Source: Amphiscolops sp. MND2022
Lineage: Eukaryota
Length of the DNA: 64,000 nucleotides
Assembly (NCBI GenBank): GCA_964187785.1
Contig: OZ076415.1
Coordinates: forward strand, 47,492,001-47,556,000
Reading direction: 5' to 3'
The position numbers and the translations under genes are program-made. Below, piece by piece: positions 55,733-64,000 of the stretch (the stretch's first letter is position 1; each line of letters begins with the position of its first letter). The notes beneath the pieces are model-generated. The model searched no databases. It was not told the origin of the DNA and saw only the letters and a list, made by a program, of their open reading frames with translations.

Positions 55733-55767
55733 CAGTACTAACTGTTGATTAGCAGTACTAACTGTTG
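55733..55767. repeat. 15-bp direct repeat duplicating the splice donor at the array boundary
   Basis: cagtactaactgttg at 55733-55747 and 55753-55767. Each copy contains minus-strand GTTAGT. Confidence 0.9.
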
Positions 55768-55861
55768 TTCTGCTGTCAATGCTAGCTCCGTAGTCGATGA
55801 GCAGTTTCACGATATCGACGTGCCCCGCTCGCCCACCCACGTGGATTGGCATGCTTCCTTT
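55763..55861 (-). CDS. Ankyrin-repeat protein, coding exon 3 (KGSMPIHVGGRAGHVDIVKLLIDYGASIDSRTT)
   Basis: Acceptor ttttAG at 55863-55862 and donor GTTAGT at 55762-55757; 99 nt, phase 0/0. Matches the ankyrin consensus G.TPLH.A...GH.DIVKLLI..GA.ID. Confidence 0.88.
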
Positions 55862-56488
55862 CTAAAACAGTCTCAGTTGATTTTTCATATGCATCAATCC
55901 CGATCGAATCAGAATTGATTCAAAAGCTTCCAATATGCGATCTCGAGCTGTCTACATTGGATTTATGTTAAAAAAAAACATTTCCGAAAAATGATTGAAC
56001 GCATTAAATTGAGCATAAATAAGCGATGTGAAGCTGTCATTCGGATTATTACAAGGGTACCAAAAAGCTAAATACCTTCGATTTTGGTACCGAAAAAGTT
56101 TCAGTAGCAAAGATATCTTTTGCAGAATCAAAAAGTATATTGACCAGAATTACAAACGATGAATTTTGCACTTTTGACTCAACTCGATCCTGACACTTTT
56201 TCTGAAATCGCTTTTGTCAAAAATGTCCACGGGAAAAGTTCACAAAATTCCTTATTCTACTCTGCACTGCAGAATAATTGTTCGCCAGTGAATTACAACT
56301 GGATTTCACTATATAGGTTTGATAACAAAGTCAGTCCAGCTGTTCATTTCCTCAGAATTAAATTTCAAGAGTGTTCAGTTCAAATTCAAACCTTAAAATA
56401 TTCATAAAAGCATCTCAAATAGTCATCATAAGCCTACGATATAGAAAAGGACACGAAGACGTTCAAAAAATGTCGCAAAAAATCTCAC

Positions 56489-56531
56489 CTTCGTAACCCC
56501 ATTGACAGATGCTCCGTTGTCAAGCAGGTAT
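56489..56531 (-). CDS. Ankyrin-repeat protein, coding exon 2 ((R)YLLDNGASVNGVTK), absent from the ORF track
   Basis: tttcAG acceptor and GTGAGA donor. The 43 nt resolve the phase-2 end of exon 1 into the phase-0 start of exon 3 and complete an ankyrin repeat. Confidence 0.92.
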
Positions 56532-56677
56532 CTGAAAGAATGAGAATTTCATAAAAACTTGCGAAACATTCTAAGAAACCTTACATAACTGTAATGAACA
56601 TAGTAGCTTTTCCAATTTTCATTGGCAATATTTCCCGAAAAACAATTTGGCCCATCTAGGGAAGCTAGAATACATAC

Positions 56678-56838
56678 CTGGCTACTCGGACCTGTCCCCC
56701 AACACAAGCTTTATGCAGCAAAGTGAAGCCATCGTCATTCTTGGCATTAGGGTCACCTCCTTTAGTTATGTAATACTCAATCTTCTCAAAGTCACCCGAT
56801 TTGGCGGCGGTCCACGGATCCACTTCTGCTTCAGGCAT
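56678..56838 (-). CDS. Ankyrin-repeat protein, coding exon 1 (MPEAEVDPWTAAKSGDFEKIEYYITKGGDPNAKNDDGFTLLHKACVGGQVRVA)
   Basis: ATG at 56838 in context tttcag/aaaacATG; donor CAG/GTATGT at 56677. The spliced product is a 101-aa N-terminal part with about three ankyrin repeats. Confidence 0.9.
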
Positions 56839-56843
56839 GTTTT

Positions 56844-56850
56844 CTGAAAG
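56844..56850 (-). promoter_or_regulatory. 3' splice acceptor (CTTTCAG) 5 nt upstream of the ATG: either a 5'-UTR intron end or an SL trans-splice site
   Basis: Minus strand reads ...gttctttcag|aaaacATG. Confidence 0.6.
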
Positions 56851-57785
56851 AACACTCGTCGATCTTCGGGGCATCTTGAACCCAAGCCGTAACACTTCAC
56901 TTCACGATAAATCTGGACCCCAAATCGAAAACTTTGAAGTAATAGAGTAATTCAAAAGTTAAAACCGACGTCAATTTTGGTGTAAAAAACAGGCCGTAAA
57001 AACTAGTCGACGGAAAAAGCTGTTAGTCAATGACTTCAAATATCAAGAACAGGCTGAATACCAAATGATTCGAATGAAAGATGAGAATTTCGAAAACACA
57101 CCAAAGCTGGTATAACTAATGGTACAACTTGACATAACAGGGATTGTAGTGTAATTGGTACGGAATTCGAAGTCAAATTGCACTTCATGAGAAAACAAAC
57201 ATAGTACAAGTGCCAGTTACTTTACTTAGTTTAATGTTTTGATGATAAGTTCACTAGATTTGGATTTGACAAGCAATGAATCTACCAATTATCTCCAACT
57301 ACTCAGATCGATTCCAATAGAATGGCGTGTACAAGATTGCATGTAGAGGTCAAACAGATTGTTCTCGGTTTTTAAATCATGATTAATATTTGCCGATGAC
57401 CGAATGAAAACAAATACCAGGAAATAGTTCAAGAAGATGATACAATATACCATTGCTCTGAAATGTTTATACGACCAGTAGGTGTCCGGGTCAATGTTCA
57501 TAACGGATCAATTGCCATGTACCAGCTCTACACAATTCAGAGCAATGGAAATCTTCATTATTCAGTCATTATTTTGACTACTTGTCCCAGTTTATTCATT
57601 TCGAAGGTGCGTAGCCAAGCGCGTTCATTCAGCTTTAAATAACGAGGATTCATCGAGAACCCAGCGTTCATGTTCCATTCTACCCAAAGCGAAGTGTCCT
57701 AGATAAGACTCAACGCTTAAAACCTTTTCACTCTCCGATGCAACTTTTTGCTTGCAACCAATAACTTACTTTGATGGTCAACTAA

Positions 57786-58078
57786 TTGAAGAGCCACGTC
57801 GTTTATAAAATTCAGTGTACAGGATGCAGTTCCTGCTACGTCGGTCAAACCGTCTGATACCTCCGAATAATACTCTCAGAACATCTCCGCCCAAATGCAC
57901 CTGTTGGCAACCACCTCAATGGATGTGCAGGCATGAATGGATAGAGAGTGAAGATCTTGGACGGGGAACAAATATCACAAAGCTTTTAACGTTGGAAGCA
58001 CTTTTTATTGCCAGAGAAAAACCCTCCTTGAACACCCGAGAGGAGCACAGGAGCCGGCCTCTTACCATCAAGCTCTGA
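57786..58078 (+). mobile_element. Decayed Penelope-like retroelement, GIY-YIG endonuclease C-terminus
   Basis: Manual translation gives LKSHVVYKIQCTGCSSCYVGQTV*YLRIILSEHLRPNAPVGNHL...*RVKIL, then after a frameshift ...TKLLTLEALFIAREKPSLNTREEHRSRPLTIKL*. It has the VVY/YVG motifs, CxxC, EH and LEAL.I...KPSLN motifs typical of PLE endonucleases, with stops and a frameshift. Confidence 0.82.
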
Positions 58079-58203
58079 GGCTCACATGGACTGATCTGAT
58101 TGTCTTACATCTCTCTTCAGACCATCTACTCTATGACACGTCTCTCTTTCAATTTCTATTATTTTTTGTATGTTTTTATTCGTTTTCATACCTTTTTGTA
58201 ATT

Positions 58204-58250
58204 TTAAGATGCTTATGATGGAAATTGTTTCCGAAATATATCCAATTTAA
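58204..58250 (+). ncRNA. Degenerate minimal hammerhead ribozyme in the PLE 3' region
   Basis: ttaagatg-CTTATGA-t-GGAAA-ttg-TTTCC-GAAA-tata-TC-caatttaa. Stem I pairs 7 of 8 (one G.U), stem II is 5 bp, and stem III is palindromic. The core CUGAUGA has G5>U. Confidence 0.5.
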
Positions 58251-59303
58251 CATTGATCCCTATTCTCATCATCAATTAATTGATATCCTCTGTATAAGAG
58301 AGTGCAGGTCGACACAAAGAGGTTCTAACCAATTTGTTGATTCTACCGTTGGTGCCATCATTGAAGAGGGAAGACAAATATTGCTGTTTTTAGTCGGCTC
58401 CTTTCCTTTAAAGAAAAAAGCCCGACTATTACAGTGAGTAGTTTTTTTTCAGTTGACAATCTCACTCTGAGTGGTCCACTTTATCTAATTTGTTCATTTG
58501 TTCAACTTCGACCAAATTTCTGAACCCGGAGAGCGTTGGTTCGATTCTCGCACTAAACCATAATTTTTTTATGCTGCCAAAAGTACAAGTGAGACCAAAG
58601 GGTCGCCCATTGGGTTTTTTTTTCGGCACTGTGCGAGTTTTCTCGAAAATTTTCGAATTTTATCAGGGGACGCCCTCTTGCATTTTTTAAGTTTTAGGTT
58701 TGTAAGAAACGTTTAATGAGCATAAATGACCTCTTTTTGGGTTTTTGAGCATTGTGCGACTTTTAACCAAATACTTTTTTTGGAAAAAATTTTTCCAAAT
58801 GTTTCCAATAGTTGTTCCTTGAATATTTTTGAGCCTTATATATGGCGCCGTCTTGGGACGTTCCCGTCTCGTTGATCACTTTGGAGGCTTCGAAAAATTG
58901 AAGAAATTATAAGTACTAGTTAAAAATTCATAATAATCAATTAAGAGATTATTAAAAAAAATTAGATGTTTTTTTCCTCTGTCAGAAATCATGGATCTTC
59001 GTCATCAATCAAGTGCCATGTGTATCATCATGTTGGGGGGAGAAAACACACACCCGTGGTCTGCAACGAAAGTGGAGAACCCCATACTAGCCACTATCCC
59101 AGTACCAAAAAAAAACAACCAAGAAACTACTCATCCCAGCCACTATCGCAGTCGGCCGGTAAATTTTTTCAAAGCTGCAATTGTATAGAGGTTTTTGAAA
59201 AATTTGCAATATGTAACAAATTTCTTCGAACGCATCTCTGTCGCTGGGTGGGCGGAAGTAGGTCGAAGGAACGGGATCGAAAATCAGAGTTAGTCCCCAG
59301 GTG

Positions 59304-59781
59304 GGTTACCAGTCACTTGGCTTAATACCATTTGGCTTAATGTTTTCGTCGAGTCAAATTGGCTTAAAAATTTTAAGCCAAGTGACCACAAAATTAAGCC
59401 AACTCCATTCCAACTCAAGGAATAAAAATGTCAACTCAAGGAAATATCATAATGTGGGGCATATGCGGTGTATGCACGCTCGCCCTCACCGTCGCAAAGA
59501 CCAGCTCCCACTACGATCGCTTGGCGATCTTCGTTCCCGCTAGGTCTTTGCTCCTGTTCGACCTCGCTTAGCAAGATGGGAATATAAGCGGCCCCAAGGG
59601 GCCGCAGGGCACTAGAAGAAATGGGGACATATCCGAGGGGTACTTGAAATGACATGTTAAAATATTACGCTGACTACGTTAAAAAGATAAATTCGACAAA
59701 ATCTGCCACGTGTTTTCAACTAAATGATTTTAAGTCAAATGACTTTAAGCCAAATGGCATTAAGCCAAGTGACCATTTACC
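59304..59781. mobile_element. MITE (~478 bp) with imperfect TIRs and a target-site duplication, copy 1
   Basis: Left end GGTTACCAGTCACTTGGCTTAATACCATTTGGCTTAA; right end reverse complement GGTAAATGGTCACTTGGCTTAATGCCATTTGGCTTAA. Flanks are c(c/t)caggtg. Confidence 0.85.
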
Positions 59782-60780
59782 CTCAGGTGGACATACCAAA
59801 TTTTTGAATGAGATCAAAACTCGGATCGAAATAGTTTTTTTTTCAGTTGACAATCTCACTCTGAGTGGTCCACTTTATACAATTTGTTCATTTGTTCAAC
59901 TTCAACCAAATTTCTGAACCCAGAGAGCGTTGGTTCGATTCTCGCACTAAACCATAATTGTTTATGCTGCCAAAAGTACAAGTGAGACAAAAGGGTCGCC
60001 CATTGGTTTTTTTTCGGCACTGTGCGAGTTTTCTCGAAAATTTTCTCAGGGGATTCCCCTTACATTTTTTAAGTTTTAGGTTTGTAAGAAACGTTTAATG
60101 AGCATAAATGACCTCTTTTTGGGTTTTTCGGCATTGTGCGACTTTTAACCAAACACTTTTTTTTGGAAAAAAATAAATTTTTCCAAATGGTTCCAATAGT
60201 TGTTCCTTGAATATTTTTGAGCCTTAGATATGGCGCCGACTTGGGACGTTCCCGTCTTGTTGAAATGTAGTTGAGGCATCTGCTAAGAAAGATGAGAAGT
60301 TCACAATACGTAAAAAGGTAACCATAATTATGGGAAAACTCTTTCAGAATGAGTTCATCTCTAACCCCTCGAGGAAGGGGGAGTTGCTCAGTAAACCACA
60401 AACCATGCGAACACTTTTTTGAACTACCCATTCTAGTAGTAGTAGAATAAACTTCAGGGCGTAGCCCTAAGAGGTTTCCCCTTAGATAGTCCGAATTTTA
60501 ATTTGGTGGTAGTTTTTCAAAGATGTTGCAGTTTCCACATCAGCATAGGAGTCTCCATGTACATGTGTTTGTCTCATTGTATTTCTTTTGAAAGAGGGTG
60601 TGGTAGATGTCGGTCAGCGTCGTTTTGTCAAGTTTTTGGTAGAAAGAGGGACATGCGCAGATAAGGTAATTGTAGAGTCTCTTTGTGCGGGTAAAGAAAT
60701 TCTAGACAAGATTAAATGAGATTGATCTTCAAAATTTAGACTACTTCCAGACCTAATTATGTATAACCGAATTTTTTTGA

Positions 60781-61473
60781 CCTTTATATCATAGCAGTTT
60801 TTAAAAAAATTCAACCGGTCGACTGCATAGTGGCTGGTTTGAGTAGTTTGTTGGTTGTTTTTATTGTTACTGGTCTACTGGTATAGTGGCTGGTAGGTGG
60901 TTCCCTACTTTCGTTGCAGACCACGGGTGTGTGTCTTCTCCCCCAAATAGGATGATACACATGGCACTTGATTGATGAAAATCCATGACGTCCAGACAAA
61001 AAATAACTGCTAATTTGATAATTTCCATTGATTTATTCCGATTCAAATACTTTCAAAAACAATTTTGACATGCGGAAATGCCAATTCGAAAACTGTCATG
61101 TGGTATTGTTGTCAAAAAGTAAGCCGGCTTCAAAAAAGACGAGTCGGTACATAGTTTTTTTTGGCGACGATACACTGTGAGCATCCCTAGTGTCTGAGTC
61201 GAGCTTTCCGATTTATCACCGATTCCGGTGTGATTGCCAGTTAGATGAGTTTTTTTCCTCTGTCAGAAATCATGGTTCTTCGTCATCAATCAAGTGCCAT
61301 GTGTATCATCATGTTGGGGGGAGAAAACACACACCCGTGGTCTGCAACGAAAGTGGAGAACCCCATACTAGCCACTATCCCAGTACCAAAAAAAAAACAA
61401 CCAAGAAACTACTCATCCCAGCCACTATCGCAGTCGGCCGGTAAATTTTTTTAAAGCTGCAATTGTATAGAGG
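60781..61473. repeat. Long imperfect inverted repeat (arms ~60781-60997 and ~61262-61473; ~265-bp spacer)
   Basis: The reverse complement of the left arm matches the right arm (catcaatcaagtgccatgtgtatcatc, acacacacccgtggtctgcaacgaaagt, cagccactat). Confidence 0.9.
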
Positions 61474-61585
61474 TTTTTGAAAAATTTGCAATATGTAACA
61501 AATTTCTTCGAACGCATCTCTGTCGCTGGGTGGGCGAAAGTAGGTCGAAGGAACGGGATCGAAAATACGAGTTAGTCCTCAGGTG

Positions 61586-62062
61586 GGTTACCAGTCACTT
61601 GGCTTAATACCATTTGGCTTAATGTTTTCGTCGAGTCATTTGTCTTAAAAATTTTAAGCCAAGTGACCACAAAATTAAGCCAACTCCATTCCAACTCAAG
61701 GAATAAAAATGTCAACTCCCGGAAATATCATAATGTGGGGCATAAGCGGTGTATGCACGCTCGCCCTCACAGTCGCAAAGACCAGCTCCCACTACGATCG
61801 CTTCGCGATCTTCGTTCCCGCTAGGTCTTTGCTCCTGTTCGACCTCGCTTAGCAAGATGGGAATATAAGCGGTCCCAAGGGGCCGCAGGGCACTAGAAGA
61901 AATGGGGACATATCCGAGGGGTACTTGAAATGACATGTTAAAATATTACGCTGACTACGTTAAAAAGATAAATTCGACAAAATCTGCCACGTGTTTTCAA
62001 CTAAATGATTTTAAGTCAAATGACTTTAAGCCAAATGGCATTAAGCCAAGTGACCATTTACC
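61586..62062. mobile_element. MITE copy 2
   Basis: Same TIRs, with a perfect CTCAGGTG duplication on both sides. The empty site is at 63875-63882. Confidence 0.88.
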
Positions 62063-63068
62063 CTCAGGTGGACATACCAAATTTTTGAATGAGATCAAAA
62101 CTCGGATCGAAATAGTTTTTTTTTCAGTTGACAATCTCACTCTGAGTGGTCCACTTTATACAATTTGTTCATTTGTTCAACTTCAACCAAATTTCTGAAC
62201 CCAGAGAGCGTTGGTTCGATTCTCGCACTAAACCATAATTGTTTATGCTGCCAAAAGTACAAGTGAGACAAAAGGGTCGCCCATTGGTTTTTTTTTCGGC
62301 ACTGTGCGAGTTTTCTCGAAAATTTTCGAATTTTATCAGGGGATGACCCCTTGCATTTTTTAAGTTTTAGGTTTGTTGGAAACGTTTAATGAGCATAAAT
62401 GACCTCTTTTTGGGTTTTTGGGCATTGTGCGACTTTTAACCAAATACTTTTTTTTGGAAAAAAAAAGTTTCCAAATGTTTCCAATAGTTGTTCCTTGAAT
62501 ATTTTTGAGCCTTAGATATGGCGCCGACTTGGGACGTTCCCGTCTTGTTGAAATGTAGTTGAGGCATCTGCTAAGAAAGATGAGAAGTTCACAATACGTA
62601 AAAAGGTAACCATAAATATGGGAAAACTCTTTCAGAATGAGTTCATCTCTAACCCCTCGAGGAAGGGGGAGTTGCTCAGTAAACCACAAACCATACGAAC
62701 ACTTTTTTGAACTACCCATTCTAGTAGTAGTAGAATAAACTTCAGGGCGTAGCCCTAAGAGGTTTCCCCTTAGATAGTCCGAATTTTAATTTGGTCGTAG
62801 TTTTTCAAAGATGTTGCAGTTTCCACATCAGCATAGGAGTCTCCATGTACATGTGTTTGTCTCATTGTATTTCTTTTGAAAGAGGGTGTGGTAGATGTCG
62901 GTCAGCGTCGTTTTGTCAAGTTTTTGGTAGAAAGAGGGACATGCGCAGATAAGGTAATTGTAGAGTCTCTTTGTGCGGGTAAAGAAATTCTAGACAAGAT
63001 TAAATGAGATTGATCTTCAAAATTTAGACTACTTCCAGACCTAATTATGTATAACCGAATTTTTTTGA

Positions 63069-63770
63069 CCTTTATATCATAGCAGTTTTTAAAAAAATTC
63101 AACCGGTCGACTGCATAGTGGCTGGTTTGAGTAGTTTGTTGGTTGTTTTTATTGTTACTGGTCTACTGGTATAGTGGCTGGTATGTGGTTCCCTACTTTC
63201 GTTGCAGACCACGGGTGTGTGTCTTCTCCCCCAAATAGGATGATACACATAGCACTTGATTGATGAAGATCCATGACGTCCAGACAAAAAATACCTGCTA
63301 ATTTGATAATTTCCATAGTACCACTTTGATTTATTCCGATTCAAAATACTTTCAAAAACAATTTTGACATGCGGAAATGCCAAATCGAAAACTGTCCTGT
63401 GGTATTGTTGTCAAAAAATAAGCCAACTTCAAAAAAGACGAGTCGGTACATAGTTTTTTTGACGACGATACACTGTGAGCATCCTTAGTGTCTGAGTCGA
63501 GCTTTCCGATTTATCACCGATTCCGGTGTGATCGCCATTTAGATGTTTTTTTTTCCTCTGTCAGAAATCATGGATCTTCGTCATCAATCAAGTGCCATGT
63601 GTATCATCATGTTGGGGGGAGAAAACACACACCCGTGGTCTGCAACGAAAGTGGAGAACCCCATACTAGCCACTATCCCAGTACCAAAAAAAAACAACCA
63701 AGAAACTACTCATCCCAGCCACTATCGCAGTCGGCCGGTAAATTTTTTTAAAGCTGCAATTGTATAGAGG
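63069..63770. repeat. Second copy of the long inverted repeat (arms ~63069-63285 and ~63560-63770)
   Basis: Same arms, in tandem unit 3. Confidence 0.9.
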
Positions 63771-64000
63771 TTTTTGAAAAATTTGCAATTTGTAACAAAT
63801 TTCTTCGAACGCATCTCCGTCGCTGGGTGGGCGGAAGTAGGTCGAAGGAACGGGATCAAAAATCAGAGTTAGTCCTCAGGTGGACATACCAAACTTTTGA
63901 ATGGGATCAAAACTCGGATCGAAATTTTTATAACGTAGTCAGACATGTTTACATTCCCCTAGTGCCCTGAATGCAGGAGCCAAGCGAAGCGGAGCGACGT

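Larger units (their letters stand above)
1..55734. repeat. Tandem satellite array of alternating A/B monomers (~170-175 bp; dimer ~345-350 bp), continuing beyond the left edge
   Basis: The motif atcattgttcaga(t/c)ccgtctt recurs about every 170-175 bp. B-type gatccgtcttgaaac occurs at 43081, 43430, 43775 and 44124 (spacing 349/345/349). The same junk ORFs recur dozens of times in the ORF track. The last partial unit ends at ~55734. Confidence 0.99.
58439..63924. repeat. Three tandem copies of a composite repeat unit: 58439-59831, 59832-62112, 62113-63924
   Basis: Each copy starts tagttttttttcagttgacaatctc and ends ctcggatcgaaa. Junk ORFs are duplicated at offsets of 2281-2298. Confidence 0.95.

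Noticed and set aside
1-55734. CRISPR array
   Set aside because: The context is eukaryotic, the intervening sequences are themselves repeats rather than unique spacers, and there are no cas genes.
1-55734. Plus-strand C/D snoRNAs (CTGATGA ... GACTGA)
   Set aside because: Box-like words occur on the plus strand of B monomers, but the interior is rRNA-sense (cannot guide) and antisense to the host gene. They are probably a by-product of the self-complementary core.
1-55734. Nematode 21U-piRNA (Ruby motif) cluster from minus-strand CTGTTTCC
   Set aside because: The core is CTGTTTCC rather than CTGTTTCA, no YRNT was found at convincing spacing, the downstream sequences are repetitive, and the host taxon is not established.
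55562-55762. Read-through C-terminal extension of exon 3 (ORF 55562-55852)
   Set aside because: Ankyrin similarity ends at a consensus donor and the remainder is satellite translation. It is kept only as an unlikely alternative.
56159-57501. ORFs 56159-56407 (+), 56647-56847 (+) and 57289-57501 (-)
   Set aside because: They are intronic, antisense to the ankyrin exon, or lack any recognisable motif.
58966-63767. ORFs in the tandem units, including HCY/CHVYH-rich peptides
   Set aside because: They occur on both strands of an inverted repeat, with frame differences between copies and no recognisable domain.

Overview
Eukaryotic (invertebrate animal-like) genomic DNA; the TTTCAG splice acceptors are nematode-like but do not identify the taxon. 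Bases 1-~55,734 are one uninterrupted satellite array, running off the left edge. It has alternating A and B monomers of ~170-175 bp (dimer ~345-350 bp; roughly 300 monomers by length estimate), organised in local higher-order repeats and interrupted only by four co-amplified ~633-bp Helentron/HINE-like insertions. The array begins ~30 nt after the splice donor of the third coding exon of a minus-strand ankyrin-repeat gene (exons 56838-56678, 56531-56489, 55861-55763), so it appears to fill a giant intron. Main observation: on the gene's strand nearly every monomer carries a compact box C / guide / D' / C' / D layout. Its guide (GTGTTTCAAGACGGRT-CTGA) is antisense to the conserved 28S rRNA segment GACCCGTCTTGAAACAC, in the register I recall for vertebrate U21/SNORD21. 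The array is therefore a candidate massively amplified intronic snoRNA-like locus, or a satellite born from one. Right of the gene are a decayed Penelope-like GIY-YIG remnant with a degenerate minimal hammerhead, and three tandem copies of a composite ~1.4-2.3 kb repeat containing a MITE (filled and empty sites) and a long inverted repeat. All coordinates and counts were read by eye; no alignments or searches were run.
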